Sequence record: OZ346212.1
Strand: one strand, 5' to 3'
From: a phage
Length of the DNA stretch: 64,000 nt
The notes beneath the pieces are model-generated. The model ran no database searches. It saw only the letters and a list, made by a program, of their open reading frames with translations, and had not been told where the DNA came from. How positions within the stretch are numbered: the stretch's first letter is position 1; the number at the start of each line of letters is the position of its first letter. The translations under genes and the position numbers were made by a program. This document shows, one piece after another, positions 47,593 to 56,796 of this stretch.

Positions 47593-47792
47593 AAACCTCC
47601 GTGGTATTCTTCAACTGCATCAATAATACTTTTACACTTATCTACCAGCTCGTTAGCCACTACAGCATCGTCTTCCCAAACAGCTTCCTCGATCTGATCA
47701 AGCAATGATCGCATCTTACCCATCATTTCTGGGATAAAGTCTTCTGAAAAGCTGTCTGGAATTGTTAACTTTAGTGTCATTGCGTTCTCCAA
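47589..47792 (-). CDS. hypothetical protein
   Basis: ORF track. Confidence 0.45.
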   Translation of the reverse strand: MENAMTLKLTIPDSFSEDFIPEMMGKMRSLLDQIEEAVWEDDAVVANELVDKCKSIIDAVEEYHGGF

Positions 47793-47807
47793 TCATACTA
47801 TGCGTTA

Positions 47808-48266
47808 TTAGAAGTTTGTTTTTACACGTCCCTTTTCATCAACCTCGTTGTTGGCTAGAAGCGTTACAAAGTCTGTGAAACGGACATGAAGAACTCTTTT
47901 CTTATCAAGGTATCCTAAAGCCACCCCTGAGAAATTTAGCATCAAAGGGGCTAAAGAAGCTCTGGCACTGAAATGCTGTTGTTCTACCCTTCCAACACCC
48001 TTAGTGTAGGATGGGTTAAGATTGTAAGTTCTGAATCCCAGTTTTGTTGGAGCTTTAGAATTAAAAACAACTTTATAGCGTTTCTTACTCAACTTATGCT
48101 CCAGGATAAGCATTCCCTTATCACCCTTGATAAGTTGAAAATCTGTAAAGTGCTCTTTTAATACGAAAGGTAGTGCCAGTCCCATCGCCTGCCCCCTTTG
48201 TACCGCTGTCTCACCAAAAGCTTTTGCATCAGTAAGTTCTTTGGTCAAGTCTATGCTTTTGATCAT
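47808..48266 (-). CDS. hypothetical protein; possible 2H-phosphoesterase fold
   Basis: Two H-x-T/S motifs (EHFTDF near residue 39, QHFSAR near residue 98); weak. Confidence 0.5.
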   Translation of the reverse strand: MIKSIDLTKELTDAKAFGETAVQRGQAMGLALPFVLKEHFTDFQLIKGDKGMLILEHKLSKKRYKVVFNSKAPTKLGFRTYNLNPSYTKGVGRVEQQHFSARASLAPLMLNFSGVALGYLDKKRVLHVRFTDFVTLLANNEVDEKGRVKTNF

Positions 48267-49047
48267 ACCTAGTCTCCAAAATGTATTGTAGTTCTTTCTT
48301 ACCTATACTCTTCATTCCGGCAGTCTTACCTGCTTCTTCTTGAAAAGAAGAATAGCATTCAGCAAACACTCTGTCAACACCGTCAACTAAAGATTTTATG
48401 AAATATGTTGATTCTTCAGATTTTGGGTCATCCTCCCCCAATACTTTTCCAGCATTATACCCAACACGTCTTACACAGAAGTCGTAGTCATCTGGAGTGC
48501 TAAAAGAAAATAACTTATTCTCCCCAATCTCTACAGGATCCCTGTTGCACGCCTTTTTCTCCCAAATTTGGAAAACACACGGCACGTCATAAGGTTTGCC
48601 ATTAAGTAGAAACGAGTTCTTAGGGCACCTTTCACTGTAGACAAGGTGCATCGACATGTCCAGTTTGTTTGCAAAAAATATTTTTTCAAATGTCCGTGGC
48701 AAGATGAAGGCTATAGCCCCTCCAAGCTCTAGCAATGATGCACAATGGTTAAAGAATTTGCAAGCTAAAGATGAATTCTTGCCAAATGGTGGGTTACCTA
48801 TGAAGACATCTGCCTTGGGATGCACCTCCAAGAAGTTTGCCTGAATGCACGGTGTTGGTCCTTCAAATTCAGGATCTGGTACTAGATCGTAAGACAGTAT
48901 CTCTGAAAATAGTTTTGAAAAAGAACCCCTTCCAGCAGAAGGCTCAACGTATGCACAATTTCCATACTTATCTTTTACTTTACCAACAAGATATTCTGCA
49001 TACTCAGGGTTTGTGTAATATTTGTCGTTGGACTCTTTCTTGCTCAA
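48229..49047 (-). CDS. DNA N6-adenine methyltransferase
   Basis: Motif I VEPSAGRGSF, motif IV FIGNPPFG; TTG start after RBS GGAGG. Confidence 0.7.
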   Translation of the reverse strand: MSKKESNDKYYTNPEYAEYLVGKVKDKYGNCAYVEPSAGRGSFSKLFSEILSYDLVPDPEFEGPTPCIQANFLEVHPKADVFIGNPPFGKNSSLACKFFNHCASLLELGGAIAFILPRTFEKIFFANKLDMSMHLVYSERCPKNSFLLNGKPYDVPCVFQIWEKKACNRDPVEIGENKLFSFSTPDDYDFCVRRVGYNAGKVLGEDDPKSEESTYFIKSLVDGVDRVFAECYSSFQEEAGKTAGMKSIGKKELQYILETRYDQKHRLDQRTY

Positions 49048-49056
49048 AGTGCCTCC

Positions 49057-49084
49057 AAAAGGAAAAGGGAGGCGCAAGCCTCCC
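49057..49084 (-). terminator. intrinsic terminator (minus strand)
   Basis: GGGAGGC-loop-GCCTCCC followed on minus strand by TTTTCCTTTT. Confidence 0.55.
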
Positions 49085-49093
49085 TATACTTGA

Positions 49094-50083
49094 TTAGATT
49101 ATCTGAATCAGGGTGTTTTTCATTTCTTCTCTGGTACGGATGTTGTTACGGTCACGAACAACAGATCCACAACCTTCGCAGCGATATGTTTTAAATGCAC
49201 TCAGTTGAGTATACGCCAAAGCTTCTTCCTCGTGAAGGTGTTCTCCACCGCAGCGTGGGCAACGAACTTTTGGCTCCTCATCCTGGTAGTACAATGACAT
49301 ATTGGGGTGCTGCTTAGCAAACGGGCGTGCCAGCAAATACAGGCCTTCCAGAGATAGGATATCACCAACATTGTACTCCCGCATCTGTTTAAACGCCTCA
49401 AGATCACCATGAACACACTTGATCCACATTTCAAATGTGTGGTCAATCAGTTTCTGTCGGGCAAGTTGGAAGTATTTGCATGCATACTCCAAAGTGTTTG
49501 CATTCAAACGGAATGCCTTCTTGATCATTTTAAGGGTGTCAACCTCTTTGTATGGGCTTGTTGGAGGCAACCCGTGAAATGCAAATCGTTGGTTTGCCCA
49601 CCCACAGTCAAAACCTGAATTGTGGGCTACTGCGACATCACATTTATCCAGATAATACCACAAGTCCTGAATCAATTCGAGGTCATTGTGAATATCCTCA
49701 TCCCACATTTTGTAATCGGGAAGAGCGCAGTCAACCACACTAGGACTGTCTAACCACTTACCTGCGAAAGTTAGCATATAGGGCATAATTTCAATACCGC
49801 AGGTTTGAATGTTGGTCTTATAGTGCCCAAAGAACCAGCCGTTTGTTGGTGATGTTTCTGTATCATACACCCAAACTTTAGCTCCTTTGTGTTCTTCAAG
49901 GAAGCGCTCAGTTGCTTCTCCTACAATCTCTGACATATTCTCTTGTGCACGTTTAAGCTGTAGTCGGATCCAACTCTCACGTGACTCACGGCCTAAAAAT
50001 TCACGAGCAATTTGTCTATTAGTGTATCCCTGCTGCTTTAGTGTTAAAATTTGCTCAAGAGTTAACTTTGTCATCATCGTCAA
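49094..50083 (-). CDS. DEDD-type 3'-5' exonuclease with N-terminal HTH and C-terminal zinc ribbon
   Basis: Exo I VYDTETS; Exo III VAHNSGFD; CPRCGG...CEGCG. Confidence 0.7.
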   Translation of the reverse strand: MTMMTKLTLEQILTLKQQGYTNRQIAREFLGRESRESWIRLQLKRAQENMSEIVGEATERFLEEHKGAKVWVYDTETSPTNGWFFGHYKTNIQTCGIEIMPYMLTFAGKWLDSPSVVDCALPDYKMWDEDIHNDLELIQDLWYYLDKCDVAVAHNSGFDCGWANQRFAFHGLPPTSPYKEVDTLKMIKKAFRLNANTLEYACKYFQLARQKLIDHTFEMWIKCVHGDLEAFKQMREYNVGDILSLEGLYLLARPFAKQHPNMSLYYQDEEPKVRCPRCGGEHLHEEEALAYTQLSAFKTYRCEGCGSVVRDRNNIRTREEMKNTLIQII

Positions 50084-50089
50084 AATTCC

Positions 50090-50311
50090 TTAGTAAAACT
50101 GAAGAATGTCTTTTAAAGCGAAGTCACGATATTCGCCCTTGTCTACATCAAAGGCATGCATCAACCACTGCTCTTCTTTATGATACTCTGTAGAGCCAAA
50201 CCATAAATTAGGCTCAGTAACGCAGCGATCTGCAACAACACCTTTCCAGTTACGGTATTTCATCCTGATCAGGACTGAGTCGCAAGGATTGAATACCTTT
50301 TTCATCCCCAT
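50090..50311 (-). CDS. hypothetical protein
   Basis: ORF track. Confidence 0.4.
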   Translation of the reverse strand: MGMKKVFNPCDSVLIRMKYRNWKGVVADRCVTEPNLWFGSTEYHKEEQWLMHAFDVDKGEYRDFALKDILQFY

Positions 50312-50855
50312 AGAAATCTCTCTCCTCAGTTTTCTTTATAAACTCCTGCATGTAGGACTCAATAGCCTCATGCTTGGTGCACTCTGGATTAATGACAAGA
50401 TTGAGATCTGATTCTGCTCGTGCAATAATCGTAGCTTTAGAGCATCTCCTCAAGAACTTTGTCATATCATCTCTGTAGTTTTTGTGGAGCGGGAAGTCGC
50501 TGTAGTCTTTCTCCAGATAGTCAGCCATCCGGCGCAACGCCTCTGATAAACTGCAATCTGTATACTCGTTACAGTATTTCATCCAGTATTTAAGCACATA
50601 CCCCTCAAAGGTATTAGTGCACTGAGACAAAACACCCCTGCAACGACCAGTCAGATGATCATGATCTAAACAAGGCTTACGAAGTGGCTCGCACAAGATC
50701 GGATCAAGACCATCCTGCTCCTCTGACAATTCTTTTCGAAAGTTGGCTATGTCCTTAGAATCTTTTAGCCACCCGCTATGAACGGGGGCTTTGACAGCTT
50801 TCTTTCTTATTTTACGCTTTGCGATAACCCCTCCAGATGCGCCCTGCCTATCCAA
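50250..50855 (-). CDS. HNH endonuclease (free-standing)
   Basis: CLDHDHLTGRCRGVLSQCTN; overlaps both neighbours, start uncertain. Confidence 0.6.
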   Translation of the reverse strand: MDRQGASGGVIAKRKIRKKAVKAPVHSGWLKDSKDIANFRKELSEEQDGLDPILCEPLRKPCLDHDHLTGRCRGVLSQCTNTFEGYVLKYWMKYCNEYTDCSLSEALRRMADYLEKDYSDFPLHKNYRDDMTKFLRRCSKATIIARAESDLNLVINPECTKHEAIESYMQEFIKKTEERDFYGDEKGIQSLRLSPDQDEIP

Positions 50856-51436
50856 TAAGCATCTGCGAGATCGGCCTTACCTTGTACCAAATTGATCCCA
50901 TCTAGGAACCCAGGTTCAGATACTTCGCAGGCCTTAACCATCAACTTTTTATCCATCGTAACAGGTTTCTTCACAGTATGCTCTTTACCTGTCTTTTTGT
51001 CAAGCTTTTTCTTCTCCTCAAAAGCAAGTTCCTCAGGAAGATGACTACGAGCAAACTTTTTGGCAGTTGTTGGTGTCACAGTGTGGACCTTAAACAGGCC
51101 GTCATTTTCACAATCAGCTAAAGCATCCCAAAGCATAACTTCAAGACCGTAAAACAACCCAGCCAGTTCGCGTGTGGCATCCCCGCGTGATCCAAAGGAA
51201 AGCCCTTCCATAACCACGGTGTCAACGCCGTGCGTGTGGATGTAATATCTGACCTGTTTGCAGATCCAGTCAATACGCTCAGCAGCTGTTGCAAAAGAAA
51301 CCGTCCCTGGTTTCTTCTCTTTTGCAGATGAGCTTTGAGTTCGTAACACAACCTTATGAACAGGCTTTCCATCGTCCCATACAACGCAAGCTGTGTGTGT
51401 CAACGACTGGTCTATGGATAATAGACGCTCTCTCAT
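50807..51436 (-). CDS. RuvC-like Holliday junction resolvase
   Basis: LSIDQSLTHTACVV (cf. RuvC GIDPG), VVMEG, DLADAYWIG. Confidence 0.65.
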   Translation of the reverse strand: MRERLLSIDQSLTHTACVVWDDGKPVHKVVLRTQSSSAKEKKPGTVSFATAAERIDWICKQVRYYIHTHGVDTVVMEGLSFGSRGDATRELAGLFYGLEVMLWDALADCENDGLFKVHTVTPTTAKKFARSHLPEELAFEEKKKLDKKTGKEHTVKKPVTMDKKLMVKACEVSEPGFLDGINLVQGKADLADAYWIGRAHLEGLSQSVK

Positions 51437-51765
51437 GCTTCCTCGTCCTCCTCTCCTTCATCAGGAGCATAAGCCTTATCTTTGAACAAGACGAGAGAGC
51501 AAAGCTTAACATCTGTTTCCACACTGGTGAACATGCATAACCGCTCGCCCTCAATCAGCTCACAATCCTCTTTTAAAACAGCAGACCATACACGGTCATC
51601 TGCGTAATCATCCGTGTACAGGATGTATGAAATGGTGTCATCTTCATACAACCGCCACATACCTGTGGCAACAACGAATGTATTTTTTGTTTTAAGTGTC
51701 CCTGTTGTGTGATCATCCTCAAAAACAGCTTCCATAATTGCGTTATCTACAGCATTTTTAGTCAT
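51433..51765 (-). CDS. hypothetical protein
   Basis: ORF track. Confidence 0.5.
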   Translation of the reverse strand: MTKNAVDNAIMEAVFEDDHTTGTLKTKNTFVVATGMWRLYEDDTISYILYTDDYADDRVWSAVLKEDCELIEGERLCMFTSVETDVKLCSLVLFKDKAYAPDEGEEDEEA

Positions 51766-52904
51766 CAGATTGCTCCAACATTTCTAAGAACGTTAACAAG
51801 TTTTGTCTGGTCATTAAATGTCCGCTTCATATACAAACAGTCAAAAATTATACTCATCCATTGACCTACGGAAATTCTACGATCAATACCATTGAAGTCA
51901 GTATACTTAACAACACCTTTCGGGAACCACTTCTTGTACTGATCAATAATAGCCACCCACATCTCCTTTGGAGTGCTGCACTGAGACAGTAGGTAGAATG
52001 CTGAGGCATCCCCGAACTTACCCTTACCGATAAGTCCTTGATACGGCTTGATGTTGTCAGCAGAGTCACCACACAGCATTTGGTATCCGAAGAACAGCAT
52101 CCCGTAACCGCCAACCTCTCCATTGGGCTTCATGAAGATGTTCCCCATACCGTTATCGATCAGCATAGGGGTTTCCCTTACAAAATCTCCCTTATCGTTT
52201 CGCATGGGATCGAACACAAGCCCCGGTAGTGTTCTTTGGTCCTTATCAATAGAGATAATAAACTTGTTGAACTTACCTGTTTTTTGGTAGTGGTTCCAAC
52301 CTTCAAATTGCTGGATAGCTAACCAGTCGTCAGCCTCGATACCGTTGATCACTTGAGCATTATACTGCTTTTGGAGATACTGTCTTGCATCTCCAAGCAG
52401 CAGTGGTCGAAGAGTATTGTTACGGTTGGCTTTATATCTTTCCGGCATGGGAAGATCTAGTCTGAAATTACCTGTGCCTCCAAGTACCCCCACGCACCGA
52501 TCTTCCGGAATACCGAGATAATTAAGGACTGCATTAGCTTTACACTTAATTGTGTGCAAGCAGTTCTCTACAGGATCAGGGGTTTGGATATCCAAGACAT
52601 CGAAATCTTCTCGTGTCCACGGAATAAACTCCTTGCCAGCCTTTTTACATGCAGCTTCACGGTTGGTATTCTCAGCTTTTAACCAACCACCAACGGTGTT
52701 CTTCTGCCGCCCCCAGAACTCTGTTCGTGTTTTAAACATCTTCTTACGTCCGGAGGCTTTGTGTGTTACCTCAATTGTCCTTTTTTCACAACTTGCTGCA
52801 GCTTGATATGCAACCTGATCGAAGTCATAATAAACTATAGCGTCAGGTTCAAGAAGATCAGCCAGACAATCTATGGACTCAATAAGTGGATATTCTCTAC
52901 TCAA
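51765..52904 (-). CDS. 5'-3' exonuclease / flap endonuclease
   Basis: GIEADDWLA and LCGDSADNIKPYQGLIGKGK match the Pol I 5'-nuclease / T4 RNase H family. Confidence 0.7.
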   Translation of the reverse strand: MSREYPLIESIDCLADLLEPDAIVYYDFDQVAYQAAASCEKRTIEVTHKASGRKKMFKTRTEFWGRQKNTVGGWLKAENTNREAACKKAGKEFIPWTREDFDVLDIQTPDPVENCLHTIKCKANAVLNYLGIPEDRCVGVLGGTGNFRLDLPMPERYKANRNNTLRPLLLGDARQYLQKQYNAQVINGIEADDWLAIQQFEGWNHYQKTGKFNKFIISIDKDQRTLPGLVFDPMRNDKGDFVRETPMLIDNGMGNIFMKPNGEVGGYGMLFFGYQMLCGDSADNIKPYQGLIGKGKFGDASAFYLLSQCSTPKEMWVAIIDQYKKWFPKGVVKYTDFNGIDRRISVGQWMSIIFDCLYMKRTFNDQTKLVNVLRNVGAI

Positions 52905-53205
52905 AGACCCTCCTGTTAGTTATTCTGCAAGATGGTTGGATGCTGTAATGGAATGCATCATCACTCTCTGCAATAAGTGACTCAACATCCCAATACTTTT
53001 CAAAAAGGAACGGATTAGACCCCCAGTGGTGGGTTATTTTCATCAAGGAGTCTGGTATCATATAACCACAGATCTTAATTACATCGCCAGGTTGAATTGT
53101 GTTTTCATGAAGGTTGCTTGCCTTCTTCAGAATCATACCTTTATGATTCTCGTTTGCATACAACTGGACAATATCTTTATCTTCAACAATAAAAATTTTA
53201 AGCAT
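52897..53205 (-). CDS. hypothetical protein
   Basis: ORF track. Confidence 0.5.
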   Translation of the reverse strand: MLKIFIVEDKDIVQLYANENHKGMILKKASNLHENTIQPGDVIKICGYMIPDSLMKITHHWGSNPFLFEKYWDVESLIAESDDAFHYSIQPSCRITNRRVFE

Positions 53206-53264
53206 ATCTAGTTCTCCTAGTTTATAGATATCTGACCGATAATATCAGATTAATAACACTTTTG

Positions 53265-53558
53265 TCAAGACTTTTTAGTCTTTCTTGGAGAGCTTTTTGT
53301 TGATCTTTTCCTTTTGTGGTAGATTCCAAGTGCAGCGTTTTCTTGGGCGCACGTTTTAACAGTTCTCAGAGAAGAACTTTCAGCTTTAGGCAGGTTTAAC
53401 TCCCACCAACCGAGCCAGTAAAGTTCTGATTCCGACAGCTGCTCAGATTCAGCCTTCCGATACAATGATTGCATACCTCTAATGATGTCGTCCAGAGGTG
53501 TATCGAATACAAAAGCTGTCTTATCGAATTTCTCTTTTACAGGTCTCTTAGCCATCAA
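53265..53558 (-). CDS. hypothetical protein with basic C-terminus
   Basis: ORF track. Confidence 0.45.
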   Translation of the reverse strand: MMAKRPVKEKFDKTAFVFDTPLDDIIRGMQSLYRKAESEQLSESELYWLGWWELNLPKAESSSLRTVKTCAQENAALGIYHKRKRSTKSSPRKTKKS

Positions 53559-54063
53559 GGTAACCCTCTATCCACGAAAAGTCAGTCTTCCATTCTGGAA
53601 CTTTACTAAGCTCACGCCACTCTGCAAAGCAGTCTCGGTAATACGCCTCTGCCATACTCTTGGTGATCTTATTCACCTTAGCCAACTGATTAACTGCCTG
53701 AGCATACTTTCCACGGATATTTGCTAACCCAGGATGCACCGATGTGTGACAATCCGGGCACAGTGCTATCAGTCCGACAAGCCGGATCACTCCCTCTTCG
53801 AAAGTGTAAAGTTCATGACACTCCACTGGGTGTTTGCTGCCTTTACCGCCGCACACCTCACAAGTGTAGTTGGCTTCTCTATAGCACTTCTTACGTATCT
53901 TATCCCACTCACTCTTCTTCACAGCGTTTCGGAGGTTATTATACCAAGCTGTTTCTGGGATCAGTTGCACAATAAGCCTGCGTTCAGACTTCATTAAACG
54001 TCCGTCTTCCACGTGTTCTCCCTCATTCAAAGAAATGGGTGCGAGGGCAGGAACCTGCCTCAC
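53548..54063 (-). CDS. zinc-finger protein, possible HNH-like nuclease
   Basis: CEVCGG...ECHELY...CPDCH. Confidence 0.4.
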   Translation of the reverse strand: MRQVPALAPISLNEGEHVEDGRLMKSERRLIVQLIPETAWYNNLRNAVKKSEWDKIRKKCYREANYTCEVCGGKGSKHPVECHELYTFEEGVIRLVGLIALCPDCHTSVHPGLANIRGKYAQAVNQLAKVNKITKSMAEAYYRDCFAEWRELSKVPEWKTDFSWIEGYLDG

Positions 54064-54229
54064 CTTGTTTCACAAGCTCGTAGAGCTCACCTTGACTTGT
54101 CTCATAAAGGCAAATACGTTTACCATTGTCCCGATATACATCGACAAGATACGCTGTTTCACCTGCAAACACGACACCACAGGCCAGACATGCTACCATG
54201 AACAAAATTGCCAATAGAAAATCTTTCAT
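54023..54229 (-). CDS. small signal-peptide protein, possible lipoprotein
   Basis: MKDFLLAILFMVACLACG; directly downstream of endolysin. Confidence 0.45.
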   Translation of the reverse strand: MKDFLLAILFMVACLACGVVFAGETAYLVDVYRDNGKRICLYETSQGELYELVKQGEAGSCPRTHFFE

Positions 54230-54292
54230 GGTTAAGCCCTCCTAAACATTTTATGAGGTAACAATACCACGTCCGTGTGGTTATGTCAATGA

Positions 54293-54763
54293 TCAATCAA
54301 GGACAACACCGCCTGCCTTTTTAAACACCTCGATCAACTTCTCGATCTTCTGTTCATGCTGACCATATCCAGCACCAGGTAACGAAGCCCAGCGGGAACG
54401 GCATTTATGGATAGCCTCGTGGATACGCCCTTCGTCAATGTCGGCGAGAGCCTTGCACTCACGGATCAGTTGCAACGCAATCTTGTCCTGACTGGCGGGG
54501 CCAAAATCTGGCAATCCTAACTGTTCCATGTAGTGTTTAGCAAACTTCTCCAAAACCTGGTAACGACCAGCAGCGGAGGAGGTAAGTTTAGCATTTAGCT
54601 TAACGTACACACCTGGATGCTTGCTGTAATCGCTAAACAGCTTGCCACCAACTATGACATCGTATCCCCGATCCTTAGTGGGTTGCCTACCATTATCTGT
54701 GCCTTCCGAATATGCGATCATGTCCAAGAAAGCTTTTCGTTGAACATTTTTATCAAGTTTCAT
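54293..54763 (-). CDS. endolysin (lambda R-type lytic transglycosylase)
   Basis: NVQRKAFLDMIAYSEGTDNGRQ...DVIVGG...SAAGRYQ...WASLPGAGYGQ closely parallels lambda R as I recall it. Confidence 0.9.
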   Translation of the reverse strand: MKLDKNVQRKAFLDMIAYSEGTDNGRQPTKDRGYDVIVGGKLFSDYSKHPGVYVKLNAKLTSSAAGRYQVLEKFAKHYMEQLGLPDFGPASQDKIALQLIRECKALADIDEGRIHEAIHKCRSRWASLPGAGYGQHEQKIEKLIEVFKKAGGVVLD

Positions 54764-54886
54764 TTTTCATACTCTCCAGTTTACTCATAACTAACACGAT
54801 CAACAACACTACACAGTGTGGTTATGTAGGTGCCGATTGAAAACCATCATTCAATTGGCTACCGTTACCTACTGAACCTTCCTACA

Positions 54887-56170
54887 TCATTCAAGCACCT
54901 CCCAAGTGTCTGGGTTAACATTTCGGACGCAGATACCGACAGGGAATTGGTAATTGTTGTCTTCTGTCCTTGCTTGGTATTTGAAGGTGACAAACTTGCC
55001 GATCATTTCCTGCATCCTGTCATAGCTACGCTCCTCGTGCGTGCCTTTCATCTTCATTTTAACAACAACACCTTCCTTGTCAACACAGATAAGAACACCT
55101 TCATCATTCTTATCTTTCTCAACGTCAATAACTTTCACCTCTGCGTCGTTGAACTTTTTCCATTTCAATGCTTCAGATGTTCGCTGACCATACTCATATT
55201 TACCGCAGAAATTACGCATGATAGTACCTTCATATCCTTCGGACATGAATATACCAACAGATTCTTCGCAATGATCAACTGTGTACGCAAGCTCTGCGTC
55301 AACAACCTTGATATGATCAAGCATCAGAGTGGTAACGGTATCCTCTGCATCCATAAGATCCTTGCAGCGTCCAGACTCTGTTTCTGGATCCCACCACACC
55401 TTGTCGCTAGGAATATCAAAAATGTGATACTCCAGATCGTAGCTACAGTATCCACCGTAACGCAAATCATCACGAACAGGCTCAACATCGACAGGAATAT
55501 CTACCTTGTTGAAGTTTTTGTATGTTGATAAGCCTGCCTTAATTGCTGCATGACGGCGTTTTTTATCTGCCTCATAGTCTTTATCGATCTCGGCCTGAAT
55601 CTCTTCCTGTGTGCGCCACCGTTTAGCAAGAGACACTATTTTCTGCAAAGGAAGACCATGAATGTATAGTTCCCCATCAAGTTGTTTAATCCCAGTGGTA
55701 GAATGGAAAGAACGAAGTTGCTCTAAAAGCTTTCCTTGAATAGGGTAGGACTTATTACCACGGGAAATAAATTTAGGCTCACCATTTTGGAAAACAACAA
55801 GCAGACGAAGGCCATCTAACTTACGCAAGATCCAGCAAGGTAATTTAAGTGCCTTGCCACGCTTCAGGTAGTCATGCACCAGCATAGGTAAAAGATCAAC
55901 ACCCTGCTCGCAATCTTCCATGTTTTCAACATACCCCAGACGGACTTGTTTTTCCCACTTGCTGATAGCCTCAAGCTCGGCCTGTTGCTCAGCTGTAGTC
56001 TCGTTGGCACGACCTACGTTTTTAGGTGTACATACCGTCTCTTTGTACTGCAATTTACCGTCAAGCTTGCCAAACTCTACGATAACCTTTTCGCCATCAG
56101 TGAATACTTTCCACTGTTGGTAGCTGCCATCTTTGTTCAGTGCGTACAGTGTTGTTTTGATTTGATGCAT
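54887..56170 (-). CDS. ATP-dependent DNA ligase
   Basis: Motif I RKLDGLR, motif IV EGTIMR, motif V LKWKKF. Confidence 0.8.
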   Translation of the reverse strand: MHQIKTTLYALNKDGSYQQWKVFTDGEKVIVEFGKLDGKLQYKETVCTPKNVGRANETTAEQQAELEAISKWEKQVRLGYVENMEDCEQGVDLLPMLVHDYLKRGKALKLPCWILRKLDGLRLLVVFQNGEPKFISRGNKSYPIQGKLLEQLRSFHSTTGIKQLDGELYIHGLPLQKIVSLAKRWRTQEEIQAEIDKDYEADKKRRHAAIKAGLSTYKNFNKVDIPVDVEPVRDDLRYGGYCSYDLEYHIFDIPSDKVWWDPETESGRCKDLMDAEDTVTTLMLDHIKVVDAELAYTVDHCEESVGIFMSEGYEGTIMRNFCGKYEYGQRTSEALKWKKFNDAEVKVIDVEKDKNDEGVLICVDKEGVVVKMKMKGTHEERSYDRMQEMIGKFVTFKYQARTEDNNYQFPVGICVRNVNPDTWEVLE

Positions 56171-56439
56171 TACTCGGCCTCTTCCTTAAAAATTTTAAAC
56201 ATCTCTTCTTTACTCATTACCAACCAGTCTCCCATAAAGTCAACTAACCAATCTCCCTGGTACAAAACCAAGTTGCCAAACGGCTCAACAAGCTCACACA
56301 TGCGACGAATATCTCTGGTCCGAACAGGTGACGATGTAAACACACCTGTATCAATCCACCGTTGCAGATCAGATACTGATGAAGAGCTTCCATCAAACTG
56401 GTGTGCTTCTACAGGTTTAGCAAGATTAAATAACGGCAT
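56170..56439 (-). CDS. hypothetical protein
   Basis: ORF track. Confidence 0.45.
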   Translation of the reverse strand: MPLFNLAKPVEAHQFDGSSSSVSDLQRWIDTGVFTSSPVRTRDIRRMCELVEPFGNLVLYQGDWLVDFMGDWLVMSKEEMFKIFKEEAE

Positions 56440-56734
56440 TGCAGTCCTCCTTCTGTAGTAGGTCTTTTATAGGATAAACAAGTAAGTGTGGATCGGAATA
56501 ACGTATAGTCCTATTCTGCCACACTATGAACTTTATTACAACCAAATTTACAATATCTTTATCACCATGTAGCCCAACACACACATTTGTCCATATTTTG
56601 TGGTTGAAGATCTTGCTATCGATGTAGATTTTAGTGTCAAACTTATCTTCCATTCTACCTATAAGTTTGATCAGCTCCTTCATCTGGTCGCCAAACACAG
56701 CATCTTTTTCAAGATCTCTGGAATGCTTGTACAT
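56426..56734 (-). CDS. hypothetical protein
   Basis: ORF track. Confidence 0.45.
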   Translation of the reverse strand: MYKHSRDLEKDAVFGDQMKELIKLIGRMEDKFDTKIYIDSKIFNHKIWTNVCVGLHGDKDIVNLVVIKFIVWQNRTIRYSDPHLLVYPIKDLLQKEDCNAVI

Positions 56735-56796
56735 AACTAACTACCTCACTGCATACTTTCCATAATAAGTAAAGCCGGGTAATCCCGGCTATGTTG

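Noticed and set aside
54830-55528. 232-aa plus-strand ORF
   Set aside because: Antisense to the DNA ligase gene, which has clear catalytic motifs. The same applies to the other plus-strand ORFs between 22.2 and 59.6 kb (for example 23529..23867, 28260..28628, 34646..34936, 57980..58300) and to minus-strand ORFs inside plus-strand genes (181..483, 946..1233, 3450..3815, 8844..9224).
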